Part shown: positions 20,060 through 29,043 of the stretch, one piece after another
Position numbering within the stretch: position 1 is the stretch's first letter
How the letters are laid out: every line of letters begins with the position of its first letter
Assembly: GCA_963851405.1 (NCBI GenBank)
Contig: CAWKPB010000007.1
Coordinates: 268,780 to 332,779 of the forward strand
DNA from: an uncultured Actinomycetota bacterium
GTDB taxonomy: Bacteria; Actinomycetota; Actinomycetes; DATJPE01
Direction of reading: 5' to 3'
DNA: 64,000 bases
Made by a program: the position numbers and the translations under genes
The notes under the pieces: generated by a model
Told to the model about the DNA's origin: nothing
The model's input: only the letters and a program-made list of their open reading frames with translations
Database searches by the model: none

Positions 20060-21324
20060 GGCGCCGAATCGTCTTGTACGGAACGGCCACCACGCTGGCC
20101 GTGGTCATCGCCTTCCTCCTTCCGCTTGCTGTCTTGGTTCAGTCCCTCGTCGCGGACCGCGCTCTGGACGCCGCCACACAGGAGGCGCAGGGCATTGCCG
20201 TGATCGCTGCCGCATCGGACCAAGGCATGGACGAGGTCGTAGCGAACGTCAATGCTCAGGGAGTGCGAGAGACCACGGTCTTCTTGCCTGATGGGTCCAT
20301 CGTGGGGATCCCGGCGGAGGTCTCTGCCTCGGTGGAACTCGCTCGTTCTGGGCAGGCATTCACGGCCGATACGGCTGGGGGGAAAGAGGTGCTGGTGCCC
20401 GTCGAAGGCCCGGCGGGGTTGTCCGTGATCCGTGTGTTCGTGCCCAGCGAGGCACTGACCGAAGGCGTACGGCCAGCCGTGGTGAGCCTGATCGGAGTCG
20501 GCCTGATCCTCGTTCTCACGGCGATCGTCGTCGCCCGCGTCGTCGCCAGGCAGATGAGCCAGCCGATCGTGGAAGCTGCTGCCGTGGCCGAGCGTCTGGC
20601 CGACGGCGAGTTGGACGCGCGCGTCGTACCGGCCGGGCCGCCCGAGGTCGAGGAACTTGGACGCGGCCTGAATCGCCTGGGCGACCGTATTGAACATCTG
20701 CTCGCCTCGGAGCGAGAGTTGATCGCCGACCTGTCGCACCGGTTGCGGACGCCGATCACCGCGCTGCGGCTCGAGGTGGACGCGTTGTCAGACCGGGCTC
20801 TCGCCGCCCACCTCGACGAACGCGTCGACACCCTCGCTGACTCGGTGGATTCGGTGATCCGGGCCGCACGCCGGCCGGTGCGTTCCGCGGTGCCCTTCTG
20901 CGATGCGGTGGAGGTTGTGGGAGGTCGAGCCGGCTTCTGGGCCGTCTTGGCGGAGGATCAGGGGAGAACTCTCGATGCCGTGCTTGTTCCAGGCCCCAAG
21001 CTCGTCCCCGTTGATGCGGATGAGTTGGGGGCTGCCGTGGACGCCCTGATCGAGAACGTCTTCGCCCATACCGACGAGGGAGTGGGTCTGGTCGTGACTG
21101 TCTCTGAGTACGAGGGCGGGACCAGGGTGGTCGTCAGCGACGCCGGTCCAGGAATCTCGGGTACCGGCCTGGACCGGCGCGGCCGAAGTGAGTCTGGTTC
21201 GACCGGCCTTGGGCTGGATATCGCGCGAAGGTGTGTGGAGACCGTTGGCGGCGCCTTCGCGTTGAGGACCTCGGCCCTGGGCGGGGCCGAAGTCCGGCTC
21301 GACTTCCCCGTCCCAGCACGCTGA
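20056..21324 (+). CDS. sensor histidine kinase (partner of the upstream response regulator)
   Basis: ATG at 20056 overlaps the regulator stop; two TM segments around a periplasmic loop; HAMP; H-box LIADLSHRLRTPITAL; G-boxes near the C-terminus. Confidence 0.85.
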   Translation: MRRRIVLYGTATTLAVVIAFLLPLAVLVQSLVADRALDAATQEAQGIAVIAAASDQGMDEVVANVNAQGVRETTVFLPDGSIVGIPAEVSASVELARSGQAFTADTAGGKEVLVPVEGPAGLSVIRVFVPSEALTEGVRPAVVSLIGVGLILVLTAIVVARVVARQMSQPIVEAAAVAERLADGELDARVVPAGPPEVEELGRGLNRLGDRIEHLLASERELIADLSHRLRTPITALRLEVDALSDRALAAHLDERVDTLADSVDSVIRAARRPVRSAVPFCDAVEVVGGRAGFWAVLAEDQGRTLDAVLVPGPKLVPVDADELGAAVDALIENVFAHTDEGVGLVVTVSEYEGGTRVVVSDAGPGISGTGLDRRGRSESGSTGLGLDIARRCVETVGGAFALRTSALGGAEVRLDFPVPAR

Positions 21325-21352
21325 CACGGGGAAATCGAACCGCTGGCGGCGG

Positions 21353-21832
21353 TCAGTCGTCGTCAGGCTCGTCGTGCTCGCCGCCTCCGTCGTCCCCGTG
21401 ATCATCTTCGTGGTCGTCAGCATGGTCGTCACCGTGGTCGTCGCCGTGGTCTTCGGCCTCGTCGTCGCGGTAGTCGGCCTCATCGTCCCTGCTGTCGCCG
21501 TCGGCCTTACTGTCGTCGTTGCCGCCTTGACGAGACTGCGAGCTCTGGCTTGACCCGCTGGTCGAACCGGTGGATGCGGTGCCTTGGTCGCTCGCCGTGG
21601 CGACCGCCGCGGGGGCAGCAGCCTTGGCCCTGACCTTGACCTTCTTCTTCGCGTGGACCACGACGGGATGGTCCTCGGGGTACATGCCGGCGCTGGTTCG
21701 CACCGCTGTCTCCGATGATGGCTGTGCCGCGCTGGTTTCGGCTGAGCCACTCTGGGCTTGCGCCAACGCTGATCCGGCGAGCACGGTCCCGAGGGCCAGG
21801 GCCGCACCGACGGAGAGGGCTCGAGTGAGCAT
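21353..21832 (-). CDS. secreted acidic protein with C-terminal Asp/His (DH) repeat tail (hypothetical, possibly metal-binding)
   Basis: Internal ATG at residue 56 of ORF 21353..21997 gives a signal peptide MLTRALSVGAALALGTVLAGSALAQAQS. The C-terminus reads DHGDDHGDDHADDHEDDHGDD, encoded by degenerate gtggtcgtc-type 9-nt repeats. Confidence 0.55.
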   Translation of the reverse strand: MLTRALSVGAALALGTVLAGSALAQAQSGSAETSAAQPSSETAVRTSAGMYPEDHPVVVHAKKKVKVRAKAAAPAAVATASDQGTASTGSTSGSSQSSQSRQGGNDDSKADGDSRDDEADYRDDEAEDHGDDHGDDHADDHEDDHGDDGGGEHDEPDDD

Positions 21833-22135
21833 GTGATCCTCCAGGTCGTGTGTCTTCGTGTGGGATGACCATGCAGGGCGGGAGATCAGGGGCGCCCCAG
21901 GGCAGGGATAAGACCACCCCCTGCTTCCACGGCTGACGGGCCGGGCATCGGTGGGAATCTTGGGCCCGTCTTGACCTGGGGATGGGGTGCGATTCACGCG
22001 TGCTGGGCGACTCTCTTTTCACCGGGGCGAACCGCGCCTCGAGAATGGAGGCTCCCAGTGTCTGCCCGACCAGCGCCAGATGGTGCCGAACCCACCTTGC
22101 GTGCTACGAGCCGGGCCGTACGTCGTCGCGATCGG

Positions 22136-22558
22136 ATGAACCGTGCCATCGACGCCACCGGAAGCCTCGCGGTCGTTGGCGCGCTGATGGCCACCGGCGT
22201 CGTCGCCGGGGCCTTCCAGTCATCGGCTCAGGCATCGGCCGCGGAAAAGGCGGCAAGCGATGGCGCGGCGGCTCAGGTCCAGGATCGAGTCAAGGCGAGC
22301 AAACACAAGCCCGTGCCACGTCCGACGCACACCATCTACAAGATCGTGCGCGTCACCCAGTCGCCAGCCCCGGTGAGCCAAGCGCAAGCCGGGTCTCCGC
22401 AATACACCGGTGGTCAGTCCTCCTCCGGGAGCTCGGGCTCTGGGTCAGCCCAGCCGGCCTACAAGCCCACCAAGGCGGCTAAGCCTGCGCAGCCCAAGCC
22501 AGCGCAGCCCAAGCCAGCCCCGAAACCCAAGCCGTCGGCAACATCGTCCGGGTCATGA
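22136..22558 (+). CDS. secreted/membrane-anchored protein with Lys/Pro-rich AQPKP repeat tail (hypothetical)
   Basis: Internal ATG of ORF 21971..22558; signal/anchor LAVVGALMATGVVAGAF; C-terminal KPAQPKPAQPKPAPKPKP; stop overlaps the apbE start (ATGA). Confidence 0.5.
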   Translation: MNRAIDATGSLAVVGALMATGVVAGAFQSSAQASAAEKAASDGAAAQVQDRVKASKHKPVPRPTHTIYKIVRVTQSPAPVSQAQAGSPQYTGGQSSSGSSGSGSAQPAYKPTKAAKPAQPKPAQPKPAPKPKPSATSSGS

Positions 22559-23526
22559 CCGCGGTTCGTTCGGGGTCGGACGTCGAACCCGAGTTGCCGG
22601 CCTTCGATCTCAAGACGTGGGGCATTCAGGTGCGGGTCGTGGTCACTGATCCGGACGTTTTGGCGGCCGTGGCGGTCACCACCCGGGACTGGCTGGATCG
22701 AGTCGATCGTGCGTGCAGCCGTTTCAGGGACGACTCCGACCTGGTGCATGTCAACCACGCTGGGGGCCGCGCGGTTCAAGTCAACCCCGTGCTCCGTCGC
22801 GCGCTCGGCGCTGCCATGGAGGCAGCTCGCGTGACGGGTGGCCTGGTCACCCCGACCGTGGGTCAGGCCCTGTGCGAGGCAGGCTATGACCGAACGTTCG
22901 CCCTGGTGGGGCCAGCGGGGCCGACCGATATCCCTCGCCCGATGACGCAGCCGCGTCCTGCGCCGCAGTGGCAGGCCATCGAGATCGACGAGGGCGCCGG
23001 TACGGTCCGGATCCCGCGGGGGTACCAGCTCGACCTCGGCGCCACGACCAAGGCGTGGGCCGCGGATCAACTGGCCGAGCGCCTGGCCAGTGACCTTGGC
23101 TGCGGGATTCTGGTCGATCTCGGCGGCGACGTCGTGGCCGCAGGTGAGGCGCCCGAAGGAGGGTGGCTCGTCCAGGTTACCGACGGCCCTCGTGCGTCCG
23201 CGAACGGACCCATGATGGCGTTGTGGGACGGTGCACTGGCGACCTCGAGCACGGTCATCCGGCGCTGGGTTGCCGATGGCGCCGCTCGCCACCACATCAT
23301 CGACCCGAGCACCGGGCTCCCGGCTGACGATCTGTGGCGCACCGTCACGGTCCATGCGGCGCACTGCTTCGACGCCAACGCGGTGAGCACGGCTGCAGTC
23401 ATCCTCGGTGACAGGGCTCTGCCCTGGCTCAGCGAGGTCGAGCTGCCGGCTCGCCTCGTGCGGCGTGACGGCCTGGTGATGGCCGTGAACGGGTGGTCAG
23501 AGGACGAATGGGAGGCCGTCGGATGA
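22555..23526 (+). CDS. apbE: FAD:protein FMN transferase (ApbE family flavin transferase)
   Basis: 323 aa; conserved YQLDLGATTKAWAADQ and HHIIDPSTGLPAD blocks typical of ApbE/Ftp. Confidence 0.85.
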   Translation: MTAVRSGSDVEPELPAFDLKTWGIQVRVVVTDPDVLAAVAVTTRDWLDRVDRACSRFRDDSDLVHVNHAGGRAVQVNPVLRRALGAAMEAARVTGGLVTPTVGQALCEAGYDRTFALVGPAGPTDIPRPMTQPRPAPQWQAIEIDEGAGTVRIPRGYQLDLGATTKAWAADQLAERLASDLGCGILVDLGGDVVAAGEAPEGGWLVQVTDGPRASANGPMMALWDGALATSSTVIRRWVADGAARHHIIDPSTGLPADDLWRTVTVHAAHCFDANAVSTAAVILGDRALPWLSEVELPARLVRRDGLVMAVNGWSEDEWEAVG

Positions 23527-24101
23527 CCTGGGATGTCTCGATGCTCTGGTACATCGGCCGCGGGTCCGGGCTGGTGGCTGAGGTTCTCCTCACGGTCGTC
23601 CTGGTGCTGGGCACGGTGTCGGCTGTCCCTGGCGGCCGGCGATCGATCCGTCGCAGGGTGGTCGATCAGGGTCTGCATCGCCAGCTGACGCTCGCAGCGG
23701 TGGTCATCTTGATGGTGCACATCACCAGCCTGGTGCTGGATCAGTACGTCGATCTCGACCTGGTGGACGTCTTGATCCCGTTCGGCTCGTCCTACCGCAC
23801 GGTCTGGCTGGGTTTGGGCACGCTGGCCGTGGATCTCACGGTGGTGATCGTCGTGACCTCGCTGCTGCGGCACCGGATGACCCCCCGGGCGTGGAGGGCC
23901 GTCCATTTCACGGCGTACGGCGCATGGGCGTTAGCAGTCGCCCACGGGCTGCTGAGCGGGACCGACGCCACTGAGGCGGCGGTCATTTGGCTGACAGCCG
24001 CGTGCGTGGCGGCGGTGGCGATGGCGGTCACCTACCGGCTTGAGGTGGCCCGCGCCAGCCAGTCCACACGCGTGGGAGAGCGGCTTGGGGCATCGTCGTG
24101 A
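23523..24101 (+). CDS. ferric-reductase-like transmembrane haem-b protein (MsrQ/FRD-type)
   Basis: ATG at 23523 overlaps the apbE stop; about 5 TM helices; two His pairs spaced about 13-14 residues apart (HRQL...MVH and HFTAYGAWALAVAH), the bis-haem ligation pattern of the ferric-reductase domain. Confidence 0.65.
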   Translation: MTWDVSMLWYIGRGSGLVAEVLLTVVLVLGTVSAVPGGRRSIRRRVVDQGLHRQLTLAAVVILMVHITSLVLDQYVDLDLVDVLIPFGSSYRTVWLGLGTLAVDLTVVIVVTSLLRHRMTPRAWRAVHFTAYGAWALAVAHGLLSGTDATEAAVIWLTAACVAAVAMAVTYRLEVARASQSTRVGERLGASS

Positions 24102-25305
24102 ACCGACTCCGGTATCCCGTGGTCTCCGCCGTGCCGGGCGGCATCCTCGATGTCTCCGCAGACAGGAACACCGATTTCCGCTGCCCGGCCTCGACTTGGA
24201 GGTTCTCGTGGCCCTGGCCGAGTCGGCCGAACTGCGCGGTCGTGGCGGCGCTGGCTTCCCGGCGGCTCGCAAGATTCGTGCAGTTGCGGCACGCCGCCGC
24301 CGCCCCGTCGTAGTCGTCAACGCCTCCGAGGGAGAACCGGCCAGCGGAAAGGACGCAGCGCTGCTCCGCCTCGCACCGCACGTGGTGCTGGACGGGGCGG
24401 AGCTCTTGGCTCAGGCACTGGCGACCCGCGATGTACGGGTCTGGGCGCCGGGTCACGACCCGGCGGCGGCAGCGGTGCTCGCAGCGGCAGTCAACGCGCG
24501 CGCTGGTGGACGCCGGAGTGTGCAAACCCGAGTTGTTCTCGCCCCCGATCGGTTTGTCGCCGGTGAGTCGACCGCGGCAGCACGTGGTTTGTCGGGTCAG
24601 ACGGCCATCCCGCGTGCGGACGGCCGCCGGACCTCCGACACCGGCGTCAACGGCAGACCGACCCTGTTGCTCAACGTCGAGACGGTCTCCCAGCTGGCCC
24701 GCCTGGCACGAGGGCAATCAGCGACCCGCCTGGTCACGGTGCTCGGAGCCGTCCGTTCCCCAGGCGTCATCGAGATCGAGGACGGCACCGCCATGCCCCA
24801 GGTGCTGGCCGCCGTTGGGGGCACCACGCAGCCGGTACGGGCGTTCGTCCTTGGTGGCTACCACGGCATCTGGGCGCCGGCCGATGCGGCGAGCCAGCAG
24901 ATCCTGGGGTCGGCCGGCTCCCTCGTCCCTGATTGCTCCATCATCGTCGCCCTTCCCGACGACGCGTGCCTGCTTGCCGAGCTCGATGGGGTCGGTCGAT
25001 TCCTGGCCGCGGAGTCGGCGCGCCAATGTGGACCGTGTGCCTTCGGCCTGCCCCAGTTGGCGGCGTCCGTGCGGTCGGTACGCCGCGGCGCCGTGAGTGC
25101 CCAGTCGGTCAGCGAGCAAGGTGAGGTCTTGATAGGCCGAGGAGCGTGCTCCCACCCGGATGGGTCCGTCCGCTTCCTGTCCAGTGGGCTTCAGGTGTTG
25201 GCGGAGGAGGTGGCCGCACATCGCGCGGGCGACGGCGACTGTGGTCGACCGCTGCGGCGCGTCTTGCCCTTGCCGGACCCGGCGCTTATCAGGTGCTCAG
25301 CATGA
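24040..25305 (+). CDS. NuoF-like NADH-binding FMN/Fe-S flavoprotein (Complex I 51 kDa-subunit family); start uncertain
   Basis: SAELRGRGGAGFPAARK (NADH/FMN site), VVVVNASEGEPASGKD, C-terminal Cys cluster ...CGPCAFG. The annotated ATG would overlap the upstream gene by 62 nt. Confidence 0.75.
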   Translation: MRWPAPASPHAWESGLGHRREPTPVSRGLRRAGRHPRCLRRQEHRFPLPGLDLEVLVALAESAELRGRGGAGFPAARKIRAVAARRRRPVVVVNASEGEPASGKDAALLRLAPHVVLDGAELLAQALATRDVRVWAPGHDPAAAAVLAAAVNARAGGRRSVQTRVVLAPDRFVAGESTAAARGLSGQTAIPRADGRRTSDTGVNGRPTLLLNVETVSQLARLARGQSATRLVTVLGAVRSPGVIEIEDGTAMPQVLAAVGGTTQPVRAFVLGGYHGIWAPADAASQQILGSAGSLVPDCSIIVALPDDACLLAELDGVGRFLAAESARQCGPCAFGLPQLAASVRSVRRGAVSAQSVSEQGEVLIGRGACSHPDGSVRFLSSGLQVLAEEVAAHRAGDGDCGRPLRRVLPLPDPALIRCSA

Positions 25306-25544
25306 GCAGCCCATCCCGCAGTGCGACTAGTCGCACGCTCGAGGTGGATTGGGCGCGCTGTCGAGGACATGGCCACTGCGCCCACTTGCTTCCGGAACTA
25401 GTGCGTCTGGACGGCTGGGGCTACCCCATCGTCGCGGACGCAGAGGGCGGGTCCGCCGTACCGCATTCCTTGGACGCGGTCGCGGAGCGGGCTGTTTCCT
25501 GGTGTCCGAATCTCGCCCTGCGACTGAGGGAGCCTCGCCCCTGA
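25302..25544 (+). CDS. small ferredoxin (single cluster, CxxHxxC...CP type)
   Basis: ATG at 25302 overlaps the NuoF-like stop; CRGHGHC ... WCP motif as in 3Fe-4S/4Fe-4S actinobacterial ferredoxins; 80 aa. Confidence 0.7.
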   Translation: MSSPSRSATSRTLEVDWARCRGHGHCAHLLPELVRLDGWGYPIVADAEGGSAVPHSLDAVAERAVSWCPNLALRLREPRP

Positions 25545-25556
25545 GCGCCGCCAGCC

Positions 25557-26219
25557 GTGTGGGTGGCGACGGATAGGGTCGCGTGCGTGGCGACGGTGGA
25601 CAGGGCGGGTGGCTTGTTTCTCGCCCTCGAGGGCGGGGAAGGCACCGGCAAGTCGACTCAGATTCGGCTGCTGGCCCGACGTCTGGAGCGCCTGGGGCGT
25701 GGCGTCATCACCACCCGCGAACCCGGCGGTACCGCGGCGGGGGTAGCGATCAGAGCCATCGTCCTGGACCCTGCCACCGGTCATTTGGCCCCACGTTCTG
25801 AGGCGCTGCTGTACGCCGCCGATCGCGCCCACCACGTATCCACGATCATCCGTCCAGCTCTTCAACGCGGCGACATCGTGATCACCGACCGGTACATCGA
25901 CTCCTCGCTGGCCTACCAAGGTGCCGGGCGCACGCTTGAGCTTGAGGAGATCGAGTACCTCTCGCGTTGGGCGACCGAAGGACTAGTGCCCGACCTCACC
26001 GTGGTTCTCGACCTGGATCCGGAGATCGGGCTGAGCCGGGCTGGCCACCCGGACCGGCTGGAGGCCGAGCCGATGGACTTTCACCGCCGGGTGCGTCAGG
26101 CCTTTGTCGACCGGGCCGCCCTGGACCCCTCCCGGTACGCCGTCGTCGATGCGGACGGTGCCGTCAACGCCGTCGCCGAGGAGATCGCTGCAGCTGTTGA
26201 GGGTTTGATCTCGGCATGA
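25557..26219 (+). CDS. tmk: thymidylate kinase
   Basis: P-loop LEGGEGTGKSTQ, DRYIDSSLAYQGAGR; 220 aa. Confidence 0.9.
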   Translation: MWVATDRVACVATVDRAGGLFLALEGGEGTGKSTQIRLLARRLERLGRGVITTREPGGTAAGVAIRAIVLDPATGHLAPRSEALLYAADRAHHVSTIIRPALQRGDIVITDRYIDSSLAYQGAGRTLELEEIEYLSRWATEGLVPDLTVVLDLDPEIGLSRAGHPDRLEAEPMDFHRRVRQAFVDRAALDPSRYAVVDADGAVNAVAEEIAAAVEGLISA

Positions 26220-27394
26220 CCGTCTGGGATCACCTGGTCGGACAGGGCAGGGCCGTCAGCCAGTTCACGCAGGCCGTTTCCGACGCAGCGTTGGTACTGC
26301 GCGGCGAGCCTGGTCCGGCGATGACCCACGCATGGCTCGTGACCGGACCCCCAGGATCCGGGCGTTCCAATGCGGCGCTGGCGTTCGCGGCCGCTCTCCA
26401 GTGCGAGCGCGGAGGGTGCGGCGTCTGTCACGCCTGCGAGACGGCTCTCGCGGGCAGCCACTCAGATGTGTCGGTCTACCGCCCGCAGGGTGCCCAGATC
26501 TACCTCATCGACAACATGAGAGACATGGTGCTCGAGGCGGCTCGCCTCCCGTCCGAAGGGCGATGGCGCGTCCTGATCTTGGAGGAGGCCGATCGATTCG
26601 GCGTCACGGGCTCGGACTTCAAGAGTGCCGGGGCCCTACTCAAGGCGATGGAGGAGCCGACTCCTCGTACCGTCTGGCTGTTGTCGGCTCCCACCGTGGC
26701 CGACACCCCATCCACCATCAGGTCTCGGTGCCGCCACGTGGGACTGGTTGCTCCGAGCGCCTCGGCGGTCGCCGGCTTGTTGGTCAGGGACGATGGCGTC
26801 GATCCGGCGATGGCAGCCTTTGCGGCCGCCGCGAGCCAGGGGCACATCGGTCGAGCCCGAGGGTTGGCGCTCGAGGAGGACGCCCGGGTACGCCGCGCTG
26901 AGGTGCTGGCGCTGCCGACGCACACGGCGACCGTGGGTGGTTGTCTCACGGCAGCCGCCAATCTGGTCGACGCCGCGAAGGAGGAGGCCGAGGAGCGCAA
27001 CGGGCTTCGGGAAGCCGCAGAGACCGAGGCGCTCTACCAAGCCCTTGGCGTCGTACCCGGCGGACGGCGTCCCACGGGGACGGCCGGGGCGTTGAAGGAC
27101 CTCGAGGAAGCGCAGAAACGGCGGCGTACTCGATCGCTGCGCGATTCCCTCGACCGAGCGTTCCTCGACCTGGTCGCGTTCTACCGAGATGTGTTGGTCG
27201 TCCAGTCCGACGCCGGGGTCCCGCTCGTCAACGTTGATCGCCGTCGTGACGTCGACGCAGTGGCAGCCGCCAGTTCCCCCGAGACGACGGTGCGACGGAT
27301 CGATGCGGTCATGGCTGCGCGGCTGGCCGTGGAGCAGAACGTCGCGCCGTTGCTCGCTGTGGAGGCCATGACCCTCGCCTTACGGGCCGCATGA
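26216..27394 (+). CDS. holB: DNA polymerase III subunit delta-prime
   Basis: AAA+ P-loop GPPGSGRSNAALAFAAAL, Zn module CERGGCGVCHAC, box VLILEEADRF; overlaps the tmk stop. Confidence 0.9.
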   Translation: MTVWDHLVGQGRAVSQFTQAVSDAALVLRGEPGPAMTHAWLVTGPPGSGRSNAALAFAAALQCERGGCGVCHACETALAGSHSDVSVYRPQGAQIYLIDNMRDMVLEAARLPSEGRWRVLILEEADRFGVTGSDFKSAGALLKAMEEPTPRTVWLLSAPTVADTPSTIRSRCRHVGLVAPSASAVAGLLVRDDGVDPAMAAFAAAASQGHIGRARGLALEEDARVRRAEVLALPTHTATVGGCLTAAANLVDAAKEEAEERNGLREAAETEALYQALGVVPGGRRPTGTAGALKDLEEAQKRRRTRSLRDSLDRAFLDLVAFYRDVLVVQSDAGVPLVNVDRRRDVDAVAAASSPETTVRRIDAVMAARLAVEQNVAPLLAVEAMTLALRAA

Positions 27395-27506
27395 TCGACG
27401 TGACGCACGACTCAGGTGCCGAGAGCAACGAGCCAGGCCCACGATCCGTCGATCACGGGGGGGACGGGGTCAGTCCCGGCCCCGACGCACCCCGCCAGGA
27501 GTCCAC

Positions 27507-29033
27507 ATGAGGCGCAACCGACCGTTCGTACTTGCCGTTGTCCTAGGAACCGCCTTGGCGGTCGCCTCCTGCACGGGATCGTCGACACCGGCGCCGGTCC
27601 CGCTTGCGTCCCCGCCGGCGGACGACACCGAGATTCCGGCGGACCTCGCGGCCTACTACGGCCAGGAGTTGGCATGGGCAGACTGCGGAAGCGACTTCGA
27701 GTGCTCGACTTTGACCGTTCCGCTGAATTGGGATGCCCCCGCAGAGGCTCAACTCGAAGTCCCGGTCATCCGCCTTCCTGCCGGTGGTGAGCGCATCGGC
27801 TCCCTCCTGGTAAACCCCGGGGGCCCGGGCGTGTCCGGCGTTGAATACGCCCGGGCTGCTCGTGAGCAGTTCACTGCCCCAGTACGAAAGGCCTATGACG
27901 TGGTCGGCTTTGACCCCCGGGGCACCGGTGGAGCGGACCCGGTTCGATGCCTTCCGGCTGCTGAACTCGACGCGTTCTTTGCCGCCGACCCGACACCGGA
28001 CAATCGGGCTGAGGAGCAAGAGCTTCTCGCCTCACTGACCGAACTGACTGATGGTTGTGAGCAGCGCAGTGGCTCGGTGCTGCCGTACGTCTCAACCGAG
28101 GACACCGCGCGGGACATGGACGTCCTCCGCGCTGCGCTCGGCGATGAGCAGCTGTCGTACCTGGGGGCCTCCTACGGCACCTATCTCGGAGCCGTCTACG
28201 CGGGCCTGTTCCCACAGCGGGTCGGGCGTCTGGTGCTGGATGGCGCGCTTGACCCCTCGTTGGACGGGATCGCGACGGGCAAGGGTCAACTCAGCGGCTT
28301 TCAGCAGGCCTTTGAATCCTTCGTCGCTGATTGCGCCGGCCAGGATGACTGCCCGCTGCCGGCCGACCCGGGTCAGGCAGGGCAACGGATCGCCGACTTT
28401 TACGCGCAGTTGGATTCGTCGCCGATCCCGACCTTCGATGCCGAACGACCGCTGACCGAGGGACTGGCCAACCTCGGAATCGGGCAGGCGCTGTATGCGC
28501 CCGAGTACTTCTGGGAGCCGCTGCGGATCGGGTTGGGTCAAGCGTTCAACGGGGACGGCTCGACCCTGCTTCGGCTTGCCGACCTCTACACCGATCGCAA
28601 CGACGATGGCACTTTCGGCAACTTGCTGGAGGCCAACATCGCGATCAACTGCCTCGACAAGGGCAGCCTGAGAACCCTGGCCCAGGCCAAGAGGCTGGTG
28701 CCCGAATACCAGGCCCTGTCTCCAGTCTTCGGCGAAGGCTTCGCCTGGGGTGCGATCTCATGCCGTGATTGGCCCTACCCGCCGGTTGCGGTCTCAGAAC
28801 CGATTTCCGCGGACGGCGCTGCTCCGATCCTCGTGGTCGGTACGACCCGCGACCCGGCCACGCCGTACGCCTGGTCCGAGGCGCTGGCTGATCAGCTGTC
28901 CTCGGGTGTGTTGTTGAGTTTCGACGGTGACGGGCACACGGCGTACAACCGCGGTAATGCCTGCGTCAACCGCACCGTTGAGGCGTACCTGGTCGCTGGG
29001 ATCGTCCCGGAGAACGGGAAGACGTGTGGCTGA
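27507..29033 (+). CDS. secreted alpha/beta-hydrolase lipoprotein (TAP-like tripeptidyl aminopeptidase family)
   Basis: Lipobox LAVASC; nucleophile elbow GASYGT; C-terminal TAP-like segment with conserved Cys; 508 aa. Confidence 0.85.
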   Translation: MRRNRPFVLAVVLGTALAVASCTGSSTPAPVPLASPPADDTEIPADLAAYYGQELAWADCGSDFECSTLTVPLNWDAPAEAQLEVPVIRLPAGGERIGSLLVNPGGPGVSGVEYARAAREQFTAPVRKAYDVVGFDPRGTGGADPVRCLPAAELDAFFAADPTPDNRAEEQELLASLTELTDGCEQRSGSVLPYVSTEDTARDMDVLRAALGDEQLSYLGASYGTYLGAVYAGLFPQRVGRLVLDGALDPSLDGIATGKGQLSGFQQAFESFVADCAGQDDCPLPADPGQAGQRIADFYAQLDSSPIPTFDAERPLTEGLANLGIGQALYAPEYFWEPLRIGLGQAFNGDGSTLLRLADLYTDRNDDGTFGNLLEANIAINCLDKGSLRTLAQAKRLVPEYQALSPVFGEGFAWGAISCRDWPYPPVAVSEPISADGAAPILVVGTTRDPATPYAWSEALADQLSSGVLLSFDGDGHTAYNRGNACVNRTVEAYLVAGIVPENGKTCG

Positions 29034-29043
29034 CCCGTGCGGG

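Noticed and set aside
20005-21807. 244-aa and 339-aa minus-strand ORFs
   Set aside because: They are antisense to the histidine kinase. The longer one also overlaps the acidic secreted protein gene in a different frame that has no signal peptide.
24098-24313. 71-aa ORF starting with GTG coupled to the haem membrane protein stop
   Set aside because: It is out of frame with the downstream NuoF-like homology and is terminated before any conserved block. It is kept only as evidence that the NuoF-like start is uncertain.
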